Shown: piece after piece, positions 43,513 to 52,554 of the stretch | Position numbering within the stretch: position 1 is the stretch's first letter | Layout of the letters: every line of letters starts with the position of its first letter | Assembly (NCBI GenBank): GCA_017433975.1 | Contig: JAFRGD010000024.1 | Span: 5,595-69,594 of the forward strand | Source: Mogibacterium sp. | Lineage (GTDB): Bacteria > Bacillota > Clostridia > Peptostreptococcales > Anaerovoracaceae | DNA: 64,000 nt | Reading direction: 5' to 3' | Translations under genes and position numbers: made by a program | The notes under the pieces: generated by a model | What the model saw: the letters and a program-made list of their open reading frames with translations, nothing else | Told to the model about the DNA's origin: nothing | Database searches by the model: none

Positions 43513-44680
43513 CGATGATTACGACCTCGCTCGAGGTTTTGATCCGCACCGGCGGCCCCATGGTACCGACGCCGGACGTGACGATGGAAGTGGTTCCGTC
43601 GAAGTCTTTGAGCCCGTACCAGTTGTCGCTTAGTTTCTGCTCAACCAGCGTCATCGGGAAGAACTGCCCCGCGTGCGTCTGGCCGCTGAGGACGAGGTCC
43701 GCCCCCTCCGTACCGAGCTCGCTGATTCCGTACGGCTCGAATTCTACGACCACGACCGCGTCCTTCTTGCCGACCAGGTTGAGCACCTTGGCCGCGGACT
43801 TGCGGATAGCCATGCCGCTTCCGGTCCGCCCGTTCGGCAGCCGGCCGACCAGGATCACGCCGTTCGGCAGTTTGACCTGCGCGTCCTCGAGCATCGTCCA
43901 GCCGGCCTCCGCAGTGAAGGCCTTCATCGCATCGCTCCGATAGGAATTCTCCTGGGCGGTAACCAGGATGCCGGCGAAGGTTTCGGACTCCACATCGTGC
44001 GTACCGTAGACGCCGTAGACACCGTACCGCGACTGGATCTTGTTGAATTCTTCGATATATCTGTCCGGATATTTGATTCCGTCGTAGGACCCGTCAAAGA
44101 TGTCGCCGCCGATGATGACCACGTCGACGTCGTTCGCGTTGATGATTTCAACGACGTCCTGAACCTGCGACACCTTGGAGTTGACCCCGAGGTGCAGGTC
44201 CGAAATAAAGGCGATGCGGAGGGTCTTGTCGGAGGCCTCCCCTTCGCTGACGTCGACAGTGTACGTGGTCGTCTTGACGTCGCGGGCCTGAATCTGCCCG
44301 TAGACGTTGATGCCGATCCCGGCGGCCAGCGCGATGACGAAGATGATGAGCGCCGCCGCCCGCGGGAGGTCGTCGTCCACGTTGATGATCTCCGTGAACA
44401 GGTGGATGACCGCGATGACGATGAACATGACGGCCACCACGCCGATCCAGATGTTACCGTACTTCATGCAGAAGTGTTTCCACGTGGCGTCCTTGAGATA
44501 CAGTCCGAGCACCGGCATCGCGGAGAGCCCCACATAGATCAGGAACGCGAGGACGACGAAGAACTTGCTGCTGAAGATCTTGTTGGTATAATGCACGACC
44601 CGGCCGAACATGTACAGCTGGATGATCGCATAGACCGCCAGAACGATGATTGTAGTTAAATTGTATTGCATGTCTGTCAC
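43499..44680 (-). CDS. Membrane-anchored metallophosphoesterase (YkuE-like)
   Basis: 393 aa with about 4 N-terminal TM helices, then the ISDLHLG, GGDIFDG, GTHD and GQTHAG motifs. Confidence 0.85.
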   Translation of the reverse strand: MTDMQYNLTTIIVLAVYAIIQLYMFGRVVHYTNKIFSSKFFVVLAFLIYVGLSAMPVLGLYLKDATWKHFCMKYGNIWIGVVAVMFIVIAVIHLFTEIINVDDDLPRAAALIIFVIALAAGIGINVYGQIQARDVKTTTYTVDVSEGEASDKTLRIAFISDLHLGVNSKVSQVQDVVEIINANDVDVVIIGGDIFDGSYDGIKYPDRYIEEFNKIQSRYGVYGVYGTHDVESETFAGILVTAQENSYRSDAMKAFTAEAGWTMLEDAQVKLPNGVILVGRLPNGRTGSGMAIRKSAAKVLNLVGKKDAVVVVEFEPYGISELGTEGADLVLSGQTHAGQFFPMTLVEQKLSDNWYGLKDFDGTTSIVTSGVGTMGPPVRIKTSSEVVIIDVQF

Positions 44681-44686
44681 CTCTTA

Positions 44687-46042
44687 TTAAAGATCCTCGA
44701 ACGCGTCGAGCCCGCGCGCCGCGGTGAACGCCGTGTCGCCGTGCCGCACCGCCGACATCGTCAGGAATGCCGCAATCGCCGCGACCGCCGCATACGGGAA
44801 CAGGCTCTTATAGCCCACATGGTTGAGGAACCAGCCCGCGAGCACCGGCGTGACGATCTGCGCCGCCATGCTGAACGTGTAGTAATAACCGGTGAATTTG
44901 CCGATGTCGCTGCTCGAGCACATCTCGACGACCATCGGGAAGCTGTTGACGTTGATCGCCGCCCAGCCGATGCCGACCATGATGAAGAGCACGTACAGGA
45001 TCGGGCTGAAGTGGTCCATCCGGAGCGAAAGGAGGAACATGATGGCGAAGGCCGCGATCATCAGGACGACGCCGCCGAGAATTGTCTTTTTGTGGCCGAT
45101 CTTTTCCGCCATGATGCCCGCCGGAATGTATGTGCAGATCGCGCCGACCATTCCGATGGAGAGGCAGAGCGACGCGCTGCCGAGGCTCATCCCCCACATG
45201 CGGTTCGCGTAGGTCGTAAACCAGGTCTCCACGCTATTGTATGAGATGTACCAGAGTGCTACCGAGAGGAGCAGGAAGATCAGGCTCCGGCGAACTGCCG
45301 CCGGTAGTTTGCCCGAGCCGCCCGCGGTCTCTTCCGCGAGGTTTTCCTCCGGGTGCGCCGCTTCGTACTCCCTCACCTGGCCGGTGAGCTTGACCTCATC
45401 CACGGTGAAGAGCACGACGAGCATCGCCAGAATCATGATGCACCCGACGATCGCGAAAATCGGCAGGTAGTTCACATGTGCGAGGCCTTCCGTCCGCTTG
45501 GAGGAATACAGGACCGCCGCGATGATGAGATACAGAATCGCTCCGGTCGCCCCCATCAGGTTGATGATGGCGTTTCCGGCGCTCCGGAGCGGCTTTGGCG
45601 TCACGTCCGGCATGAGCGCGACCGCCGGGCTCCGGTACGTCCCCATCGCCACGAGGAGCATCATGAGAACGATGATGAACGCAATCTCAAGCCCCTTGGC
45701 CGGCGACGCCGCGTAGCGGTTGTCCAGGATCGGGATGATCAGCATCAGGATGACAGAAGCGATCGTACCGTACATGATGAACGGTTTCCGCCGCCCCATC
45801 GGGTTCGTGCAACGGTCCGAGATGCCGCCGAAGATCGGCAGCAGGAACAGTGCGAGCACGTTGTCCATCGCCATGATCATGCCCGAATACGTCTCGTTCA
45901 TCTGGAACGTATTTGTGAGGACCAGCGGGATGATATTATTGTACATCTGCCAGAAGGCGCTGATCGCGAGAAAGGCAAACCCGACGCGAATGGTCTGCCA
46001 GCGGTTGAGTTTCATAATGCGTACCTCGTCAAAAAACTGCAT
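44687..46042 (-). CDS. MFS transporter (GPH/SLC45-like sugar-cation symporter family)
   Basis: 451-aa polytopic ORF with GGISDRCTNPMGRRKPFIMYG, typical of the GPH/SLC45 loop 2-3. The start is more likely the ATG at 46013-46015 (MKLNRWQ), which has GAGG 8 nt upstream. Confidence 0.8.
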   Translation of the reverse strand: MQFFDEVRIMKLNRWQTIRVGFAFLAISAFWQMYNNIIPLVLTNTFQMNETYSGMIMAMDNVLALFLLPIFGGISDRCTNPMGRRKPFIMYGTIASVILMLIIPILDNRYAASPAKGLEIAFIIVLMMLLVAMGTYRSPAVALMPDVTPKPLRSAGNAIINLMGATGAILYLIIAAVLYSSKRTEGLAHVNYLPIFAIVGCIMILAMLVVLFTVDEVKLTGQVREYEAAHPEENLAEETAGGSGKLPAAVRRSLIFLLLSVALWYISYNSVETWFTTYANRMWGMSLGSASLCLSIGMVGAICTYIPAGIMAEKIGHKKTILGGVVLMIAAFAIMFLLSLRMDHFSPILYVLFIMVGIGWAAINVNSFPMVVEMCSSSDIGKFTGYYYTFSMAAQIVTPVLAGWFLNHVGYKSLFPYAAVAAIAAFLTMSAVRHGDTAFTAARGLDAFEDL

Positions 46043-46145
46043 GAAAAAACTAACTATTGTGCCATTATCAATATATTATACCACATATATACAAAAACAA
46101 CCACTAAACAATGAAAACATCAATATAACTGTAAAAATAGTTATT

Positions 46146-46184
46146 CTCATAAAAGTACAGGCCGTTCAAGGGCACGGCCTGTAC
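46146..46184 (-). terminator. Terminator ending the long co-directional gene array (after amrS)
   Basis: Stem gtacaggccg/cggcctgtac with a ~9-nt loop, followed on the minus strand by UUUUAUGAG. Confidence 0.75.
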
Positions 46185-46238
46185 TATCACGAGATAATAC
46201 GATTTCTTCAGAGTATTTGTTTAGCTTTATTCCATCGA

Positions 46239-47099
46239 TTAGCAGTTGCCTGTATATACGTTGTTGAGTGACTCGCGGGCGACGTCGGCGAGGCGGTACA
46301 CCAGACGGACGTCGGTCGGGTTGCGGTCCGCCATGTGGAACCGCGGGAAGAACCGGGAGACGTGCAGCGGAATGTCCGCACCGATCACGGTGCCGGCGGC
46401 GTCGCGGATGCCCGCAAGCCAGCGGCTGAGTTCGCGCATCTCGTCTACTGAGTCGTTTTCTCCCGGGACGATCAGGGTCGTGACCTCAACATGGCACGTC
46501 TGCGCGGCCCGTTCGATCAGGTCCATGACCATTTTGCGGTCGCCTTTCAGGAGTTGACTATAATATTTATCCGTAAATCCTTTGAGGTCGATGTTCACCG
46601 CGTCGATGTACGGAGCGAGCTCCTCCCAGACGGACAGTTCCGCCGTCCCGTTGGACACGAGTACATTGACCATGCCTGCCTCGTGGACCAGGCGGGCGGT
46701 GTCGCGGACGAATTCGTAGCCGATCAGCGGCTCATTGTAGGTGAATGCGACGCCGATGTTGCCGCGGTCGCGGTAATAGGCTGCGATTTCGGCCAGTTTC
46801 TCCGGGGAGATGTAGTCCGCCTGGTCTGCGAGCGCCATCGCGCGGTCGGACCACGAGATCTCGAAGTTCTGGCAGAACGGGCAGCGCAGGTTGCACCCGT
46901 AACTCCCGACCGAGAGGATCATACTACCCGGGCGGAAGCGCGCAAGCGGTTTTTTCTCGATCGGGTCCAGGGCAAGCGAAGTGACCCGGCCGTAGTTCGC
47001 CGCGGTGACCCGGCCGTCCGCGCAGGTCCGCGCGCCGCAGAAACCGAGCCCGCCCTCCTCGATGCGGCAGTGTCTGAAACAGACTTCACAAGTCGCCAT
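46239..47099 (-). CDS. amrS: AmmeMemoRadiSam system radical SAM enzyme
   Basis: 286 aa with an N-terminal Cys cluster (CEVCFRHCRIEEGGLGFCGAR) and the radical-SAM motif CNLRCPFCQN. Confidence 0.85.
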   Translation of the reverse strand: MATCEVCFRHCRIEEGGLGFCGARTCADGRVTAANYGRVTSLALDPIEKKPLARFRPGSMILSVGSYGCNLRCPFCQNFEISWSDRAMALADQADYISPEKLAEIAAYYRDRGNIGVAFTYNEPLIGYEFVRDTARLVHEAGMVNVLVSNGTAELSVWEELAPYIDAVNIDLKGFTDKYYSQLLKGDRKMVMDLIERAAQTCHVEVTTLIVPGENDSVDEMRELSRWLAGIRDAAGTVIGADIPLHVSRFFPRFHMADRNPTDVRLVYRLADVARESLNNVYTGNC

Positions 47100-47140
47100 T
47101 CTGCACCTCCTGAACCGTCCGGCGCACCATACTGTCCGGA

Positions 47141-48526
47141 CTAAACGTGTCGGATGACTTCAAAGCGCTGCAGGGTAACCGGTTCCTCCGGTCGGATGCC
47201 GGCCTTCTGACGCGCGATCGAGACCTGCTGCTCGACGGTGTCCACGCCCTCGAGGTCCGGGAGCAGAAGCCCCCGCCGCGACCCCCGGCTGACGATGACA
47301 CCGTACCGTTTGACATCCAGCTCTGCCGTCGAAGCGATGTCCTCCGGCTTTCCGAGTACGTCGACGTTGATCTCGAGCAGATCGAGTTCGTCCGGACCGA
47401 TCGGGTCGAATCGCGGGTCCTGCGAGGCCGCGCTGACCGCGTTGTGGATGATCTCCTCCGCTACGCACCGCCGCACCGGTGAAATCGTCCCGATGCAGCC
47501 CCGGAGCGATCCTTGTTTATGAATCGAAACGAACACGCCGGCCCGCTCCGTCAGCATCTCTTCCGGCACCCAGTCCGGCACGGTCACCGTCTCGCGCCCG
47601 CGCACGTAACTCTCCGTGGAGAGATACGCGAGCCGGACGTACGGATCCGCCGTTGCCCGGCGCGCCGCGGCCTTCTCCCGTTCCCGCCGGAGGTACTGGT
47701 CGAGGAAGTGCCTCCCCTCGTCCGGTCCCGCCGGGTGGAACGTGCAGATGCCGTAGCCGACGCCCGTCACGTCCTCGTGGGACAACTGCCGTGCCTCGAC
47801 GGCGAGGCCGTCAAACGCCCCGGCCATGATGACAAACGACCGGTGGCCGCACTCCGCGGCCTTGTCGCAGAAATTCTCCTCAAAGTCGAACAGTTCGCCG
47901 AAGGCCGCGCGGCTGCAGACGTCCATGATCCGCTCGTCGTACACCGGCCCCTCCGGCGCGTACCCGTACGGCCCGTAGTCCTGCAGCTTGTGCGACAAGT
48001 CCCCGCTCGCGATGAGGACCGCGCGGCGGCCGAGCGCCTCGACCGCGTCCCGGAGAATCTGACCGAATTTATAGTGTTCCGAGAGCGGCATGCCGGAAAG
48101 CCCGGTGCGGACGATCCTGCCGCCGCTGTATTTGTTGCGGATGAACCAGAGCGGTACCATGGTCCCGTGGTCGAGGTCCTTATCCCGCTCCCCGAGCGTC
48201 CCGGCGCGGAAGGACCGGTCCATCGCGATCCGGCAGACTTCGTCGACCAGCTCCTGGTCGTACTCCTCCTCAAACCGGATGGACGGCGCCCCGAACCGCG
48301 CAAAGGACCCCTTCGCCTTGCGGCCCGGCGACACGTGAAAATAGTCATAGTAAAGGATCGAATGCGGGCTCGTGATGATGATCGTCTCCGGCTGAAGCGC
48401 CGCGATCTCGTCCGCAACCGCTTCGTAGGCGGCAGTCGTCGCCGCGACGTCCGCCTCGCTTCCGCGCCCCACCGCGGGCACGATCATCGGCGGATGCGGT
48501 ACCATGTATGCAGCCAGAATACTCAT
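47141..48526 (-). CDS. Fusion protein: LigB/Memo-superfamily (class III extradiol dioxygenase-like) N-domain plus AMMECR1 (AmrA) C-domain
   Basis: 461 aa. The N-domain has MVPHPPMIVP, DHGTMVPL and SGDLSHKL. The C-domain has GVFVSIHKQGSLRGCIGT, the AMMECR1 signature. Confidence 0.8.
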   Translation of the reverse strand: MSILAAYMVPHPPMIVPAVGRGSEADVAATTAAYEAVADEIAALQPETIIITSPHSILYYDYFHVSPGRKAKGSFARFGAPSIRFEEEYDQELVDEVCRIAMDRSFRAGTLGERDKDLDHGTMVPLWFIRNKYSGGRIVRTGLSGMPLSEHYKFGQILRDAVEALGRRAVLIASGDLSHKLQDYGPYGYAPEGPVYDERIMDVCSRAAFGELFDFEENFCDKAAECGHRSFVIMAGAFDGLAVEARQLSHEDVTGVGYGICTFHPAGPDEGRHFLDQYLRREREKAAARRATADPYVRLAYLSTESYVRGRETVTVPDWVPEEMLTERAGVFVSIHKQGSLRGCIGTISPVRRCVAEEIIHNAVSAASQDPRFDPIGPDELDLLEINVDVLGKPEDIASTAELDVKRYGVIVSRGSRRGLLLPDLEGVDTVEQQVSIARQKAGIRPEEPVTLQRFEVIRHV

Positions 48527-48556
48527 TCCTTACCTCCCTCTGCGCCCGAACCGGCG

Positions 48557-51500
48557 CTATTCCACGGACTTCAGCGACTCGGTCATGGAGACGTTATCCA
48601 GCCGCCGCTGCATGACCAGATTGACGACAAACGAGAAGACGAACGTCAGGATGATCGCCCAGACGTAGTCCATCCGGTCGAGCCGCGCTTCAAAGAAGAT
48701 GAATTTGACGACAATATTATCGATGACGAACCGCAGCAGCCACCGCCCCATCGGGATACCCACGACCGCCGCAATCGCCGTCAGGAACAGGTTTTCGCGG
48801 AAGACGTACTGCGACACCTCGAGCGGATAGAAACCGAGGACCTTGATCGTCGCGATCTCCCGGACGCGCTCCGTGATGTTGATGTTCGTCAGGTTGTAAA
48901 GCACGATGAACGCGAGCAGGCCCGCAGACAGGATGACGACGTAGATGACGGCGTTCAGGCTCTTCATCATCTTGGTGATCCGGTCGCGCACGTCCAGGTT
49001 GACCGAAACAGCCGCCGTATCGTCATAATTGGAGGCTGTGGTCGCCATGTCGCGCACGGAAGCCTCGTCGGAGCCCTCCGGTGCGCATACCAGGGCGGAC
49101 TTGATCTCCACCTTCTTTCCGAAGCCGTTCCGGTATGTGTCATAGCTCATGAAGATGTTGTCGCTGACGTAGTTTTCGTTGATCGCTGCGACCTTGACCG
49201 TCATCTCGCGGTAGCCGTCCCTGAGGACGAGCGTGTCCCCCGCCTGGATTCCGTAGTCGTGCGCCAGTTTTCGGACGACGACGACCTCACCCTCCGCCGG
49301 GAACGGAATCGCCTGCCCGTTCGCGTGCAGGTCGATGTAATCCGAAAAGCCCTCCGGGTCCGCCGCGATGCAGGTGACCTCGAACGTCTTTCCGTTGTAT
49401 GTGAGGTCGACCGCGCCCTGATGGACGAACGCCACTTCGCTCCCCGGGGCTTCCTTCTCCATGTAGTCCAGGAAGTCCTTCTGCCTGGCCTCCGTCATAT
49501 TTTTGCTAAAGATGACCTGATAATCGTAGATTGAAATCTCATCGAACTGGTAGTCCGCGATGTTGGAGATCGTCGTACCGATCCCCATACCGGCGATCAG
49601 GAGCGCGGTGCAGCCGCTGACCCCGATGACCATCATGAAAAATCTCTTTTTGTCGCGGAAGATGTTCCGGATGGATACTTTGTACAGGAAGCTCACGCGG
49701 TTCCAGATCGGTGTGATCCGCTCGAGCAGGATCCGCTTGCCGGCCTTTGGCGCCTTCGGGCGGATGAGGTCGGACGGTGGAACTTTGAAATCATTCGCGA
49801 CCGAGGCCCACGTCGCGCCGGCGGAGCAGACCATGGCCACCGCCAGCGAAATCAAGCCGAGCTTCCAGTCGATGATGTAATCGACATCCGGATTGAAGTC
49901 GTACATCATCGTATAAGCCCGCCAGATGACCAACGGGAAGACCTTGCAGCCGATGAAGAAGCCGGTCACCGCGCCGAGGAAGGCCGCACTGCCGGAGTAG
50001 AACATGTATTTTGCGAGGATCGCCCCGTTACTGTACCCGAGGGCCTTGAGAACGCCGATCTGCGTCCGCTGCTCGTCGACCATCCGCGTCATCGTCGTCA
50101 TGCAGACCAACGCCGCAATCAGGAAGAAGAACACTGGGAAGATCTTGGCGATGGTGCTTACGATGTCGGAGTTGCTGTCGAACGAAGAGTACCCGGCGTT
50201 GTCGTTCCGCGACAACGCATAGGAGTTCCCCATCTCCATCTCGTCGATCTCCTCCTGCGCGTCGTCGATCTTTTCCTTCGCGTCGGCGAGTTCCTTCTCC
50301 GCATCGGCAAACTCCCGGTTGGCGTCTTTCCGTTTGTTGTTCAGCGTCCGCTGTGCCTTGGCGAGTTCGTTTTCCTTTTGCGAGATCGTCTTAAGACCGT
50401 CCTCGGCCTGCTTGAGGCCGTCGTCGATCTGGTCGCGGTTCTTTTTGAGGGATTTGATCGTCGCCTTGACCTCCGCGAGCTGCTTTTCGGCAGCCGTGAT
50501 CTGCGCGAGCCCCGCCTTGGCCTCCTTAATCTGGCTCTCGACTTCAGTCAACTGGCTCTGCAGCGCCGCGATCGTCCCGTTCAACTCCTGCCGCTGCTCA
50601 TCGATGACGGCACGCTGCCCCTGATACTGCTCTTCTGTAAGCATCCCCGCAGCATAAGCCTGCTCGAGCTGCGCCTCACCCTGTTCGAGTTGTGCGAGTC
50701 CGTCCTGCGCCTGCGCGATGCCGGCCTCCAGCTGCGCCTTGCCGGCCTCCAGTTGCGAGAGCCCCGCTTCAATCTGCGCCTTCTGCTCCGCGCTGTCCGC
50801 CAGCGCCTGCTCGAGCTGCGCCTTGCCGGCCTCCGCTTGTTTGATTCCGTCCTCAACCTGCTTCCGCTTCTCCTTGAGGTCCTTGATCGTCGCGTTCGCT
50901 TTCTTGCGCGCGGCAGCCAGTTCCTTCTTGCCGTCGGTGATCTGCTTTTGCGCGTTGTTCAGTTTCTTTTCCGCGTCCGCCTTTTCCCGACGGTACTTGG
51001 CCAGATTCTCCTCGTACTCCTCTTTCTTTTCGTCGAGTTCCTTCTGCGCCTTGCCCTGCTCCCGCTCGCGGCGGTCCGCCGTAATGCGCTCCGCGAGGTC
51101 GTCCATCGGGTCCTCGTAGCGGTCGAGCTTATCGTTCAATGCGTCGGACAGGATCTCCTGGTCCTCCTCCAGCCTTAGATAGAGCTGCGTATAGTAATCC
51201 GTATCGAACGCTTCTTTTGGAACAAAAAAGAACGTATCCAGGCTGCCGTCCCCGAGGGTGGTCGACCCGCGCTGATAATCCAGATAAATCGGAGTGTTCA
51301 CGCTGCCGACAATGGTGAACTTCCGGACCGCAAAGCTGTCCAGCGTATCCTCGTCGTTACTGTCCGTAACCGTCAGTGTCCCGCCGATTTGAAAACTGTC
51401 GCCGGTCAGGGTGTAGTGGTCCACCACGCACTCGTCCGGCCGCTCCGGGAGCCGCCCGTCGACGACGTTCAGCAGGTTAATGTTATCCGGCAGCGAAATC

Positions 51501-51811
51501 GCCTTGAGCGCCTGCTCTCCCTCGGCGCCGGTGTCGACCAGCGCGTCGATCTGGATCGACCCCTCCGCCGCCGTAACGCCGTCCTCCGCGAGCGCCATCC
51601 TGACGCTCTCGTCATCGATCCCGTAGGACGACAGAATCATGTAATCATAGAAATTGTGCTCCTGGAGATAGGTGTTCGCCGTGCTCACCATCGACGCCTT
51701 GCAGTCCTTGAGTCCGGCAAAAAATCCCACGCCAAGCGCCACGATCGCAAAGATCGCGAGGTACCTTGCCAGGGATGTCCGGATTTCTCTTAACGTCGAT
51801 TTACGAAGCAT
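48557..51811 (-). CDS. MacB/FtsX-family ABC transporter permease (two FtsX modules) with a ~300-aa coiled-coil insertion in the first extracytoplasmic domain
   Basis: 1084 aa. TM1 is at aa ~15-35, followed by a large loop with a coiled coil at aa ~222-526. The first FtsX TM bundle is at aa ~545-690, then a second loop and a C-terminal FtsX bundle. It lies directly downstream of its ATPase gene. Confidence 0.85.
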   Translation of the reverse strand: MLRKSTLREIRTSLARYLAIFAIVALGVGFFAGLKDCKASMVSTANTYLQEHNFYDYMILSSYGIDDESVRMALAEDGVTAAEGSIQIDALVDTGAEGEQALKAISLPDNINLLNVVDGRLPERPDECVVDHYTLTGDSFQIGGTLTVTDSNDEDTLDSFAVRKFTIVGSVNTPIYLDYQRGSTTLGDGSLDTFFFVPKEAFDTDYYTQLYLRLEEDQEILSDALNDKLDRYEDPMDDLAERITADRREREQGKAQKELDEKKEEYEENLAKYRREKADAEKKLNNAQKQITDGKKELAAARKKANATIKDLKEKRKQVEDGIKQAEAGKAQLEQALADSAEQKAQIEAGLSQLEAGKAQLEAGIAQAQDGLAQLEQGEAQLEQAYAAGMLTEEQYQGQRAVIDEQRQELNGTIAALQSQLTEVESQIKEAKAGLAQITAAEKQLAEVKATIKSLKKNRDQIDDGLKQAEDGLKTISQKENELAKAQRTLNNKRKDANREFADAEKELADAKEKIDDAQEEIDEMEMGNSYALSRNDNAGYSSFDSNSDIVSTIAKIFPVFFFLIAALVCMTTMTRMVDEQRTQIGVLKALGYSNGAILAKYMFYSGSAAFLGAVTGFFIGCKVFPLVIWRAYTMMYDFNPDVDYIIDWKLGLISLAVAMVCSAGATWASVANDFKVPPSDLIRPKAPKAGKRILLERITPIWNRVSFLYKVSIRNIFRDKKRFFMMVIGVSGCTALLIAGMGIGTTISNIADYQFDEISIYDYQVIFSKNMTEARQKDFLDYMEKEAPGSEVAFVHQGAVDLTYNGKTFEVTCIAADPEGFSDYIDLHANGQAIPFPAEGEVVVVRKLAHDYGIQAGDTLVLRDGYREMTVKVAAINENYVSDNIFMSYDTYRNGFGKKVEIKSALVCAPEGSDEASVRDMATTASNYDDTAAVSVNLDVRDRITKMMKSLNAVIYVVILSAGLLAFIVLYNLTNINITERVREIATIKVLGFYPLEVSQYVFRENLFLTAIAAVVGIPMGRWLLRFVIDNIVVKFIFFEARLDRMDYVWAIILTFVFSFVVNLVMQRRLDNVSMTESLKSVE
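50730..50834 (-). repeat. Intragenic exact 21-nt repeat (period 84 nt = 28 codons) within the coiled-coil coding region
   Basis: agctgcgccttgccggcctcc occurs at 50730-50750 and at 50814-50834. Both encode EAGKAQL (aa 355-361 and 327-333). Confidence 0.85.
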
Positions 51812-51815
51812 GTCC

Positions 51816-52529
51816 TTACCATTCGATTTCGGAGACGGCGACCGGGGTCGGATTGACCGTCACTTCCTGCACGCTGCCGCTCCGCACCTTGATGACGCGG
51901 TCCGCCATCGGGGTGATCGCCTTGTTGTGCGTGATGATGATAACTGTGGAGCCGTTGTTGCGGGCCTGATCCTGCAATAGCTGGAGAATCGCCTTACCGG
52001 TGTTGTAGTCCAGCGCGCCCGTCGGCTCGTCGCAGAGCAAAAGCTTTGGATTCTTGGCGAGCGCCCGCGCAATCGCGACGCGCTGCTGCTCGCCACCCGA
52101 GAGCTGTCCCGGGAAGTTGTTCATCCGCTCGCCGAGGCCGACCGCCCGCAGGGTCTCCGCCGGGTCGAGCGGGTTCTTGCAGATCTGGGTCGCGAGGGAG
52201 ACGTTCTCGAGCGCGGTCAGGTTCTGCACCAGGTTGTAAAACTGAAATATGAAGCCGATGTCATACCGGCGGTACGACGTCAGGTCCCGCGCGCTGAGCG
52301 CGCTGATTTCCCGCCCGTCCAGGATGACGCGCCCTTCGGTCAGTTTGTCCATGCCGCCCAGGATGTTCAGCAGGGTCGTTTTGCCCGCGCCGGACTCTCC
52401 GACGACAACCGCGAGCTCGCCCTTTTGCACCGTAAACGTGGCGTCGTGCAGCGCCTCGATGTCGACTTCGCCGACGTGGTATACCTTGCGGACGTGATCA
52501 AATACTACATAGTCCTGTGTTCCGTCCAT
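51816..52529 (-). CDS. ABC transporter ATP-binding protein (MacB/LolD/FtsE-like)
   Basis: 237 aa with Walker [10 protein letters not shown], signature [15 protein letters not shown] and Walker [12 protein letters not shown]. Confidence 0.92.
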   Translation of the reverse strand: MDGTQDYVVFDHVRKVYHVGEVDIEALHDATFTVQKGELAVVVGESGAGKTTLLNILGGMDKLTEGRVILDGREISALSARDLTSYRRYDIGFIFQFYNLVQNLTALENVSLATQICKNPLDPAETLRAVGLGERMNNFPGQLSGGEQQRVAIARALAKNPKLLLCDEPTGALDYNTGKAILQLLQDQARNNGSTVIIITHNKAITPMADRVIKVRSGSVQEVTVNPTPVAVSEIEW

Positions 52530-52554
52530 GACTCCGTCTCCTTCAGTGTCTGTC

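Noticed and set aside
47513-49534. 673-aa plus-strand ORF
   Set aside because: It is antisense to the LigB/AMMECR1 fusion and the FtsX permease C-terminus. It has no motifs and an R/D/V/P-rich composition.
50234-51148. Repetitive DNA considered as a tandem repeat, CRISPR-like or contingency locus
   Set aside because: The repeats are in frame within a continuous 1084-aa ORF and encode heptad coiled-coil sequence. There is no spacer-repeat architecture.
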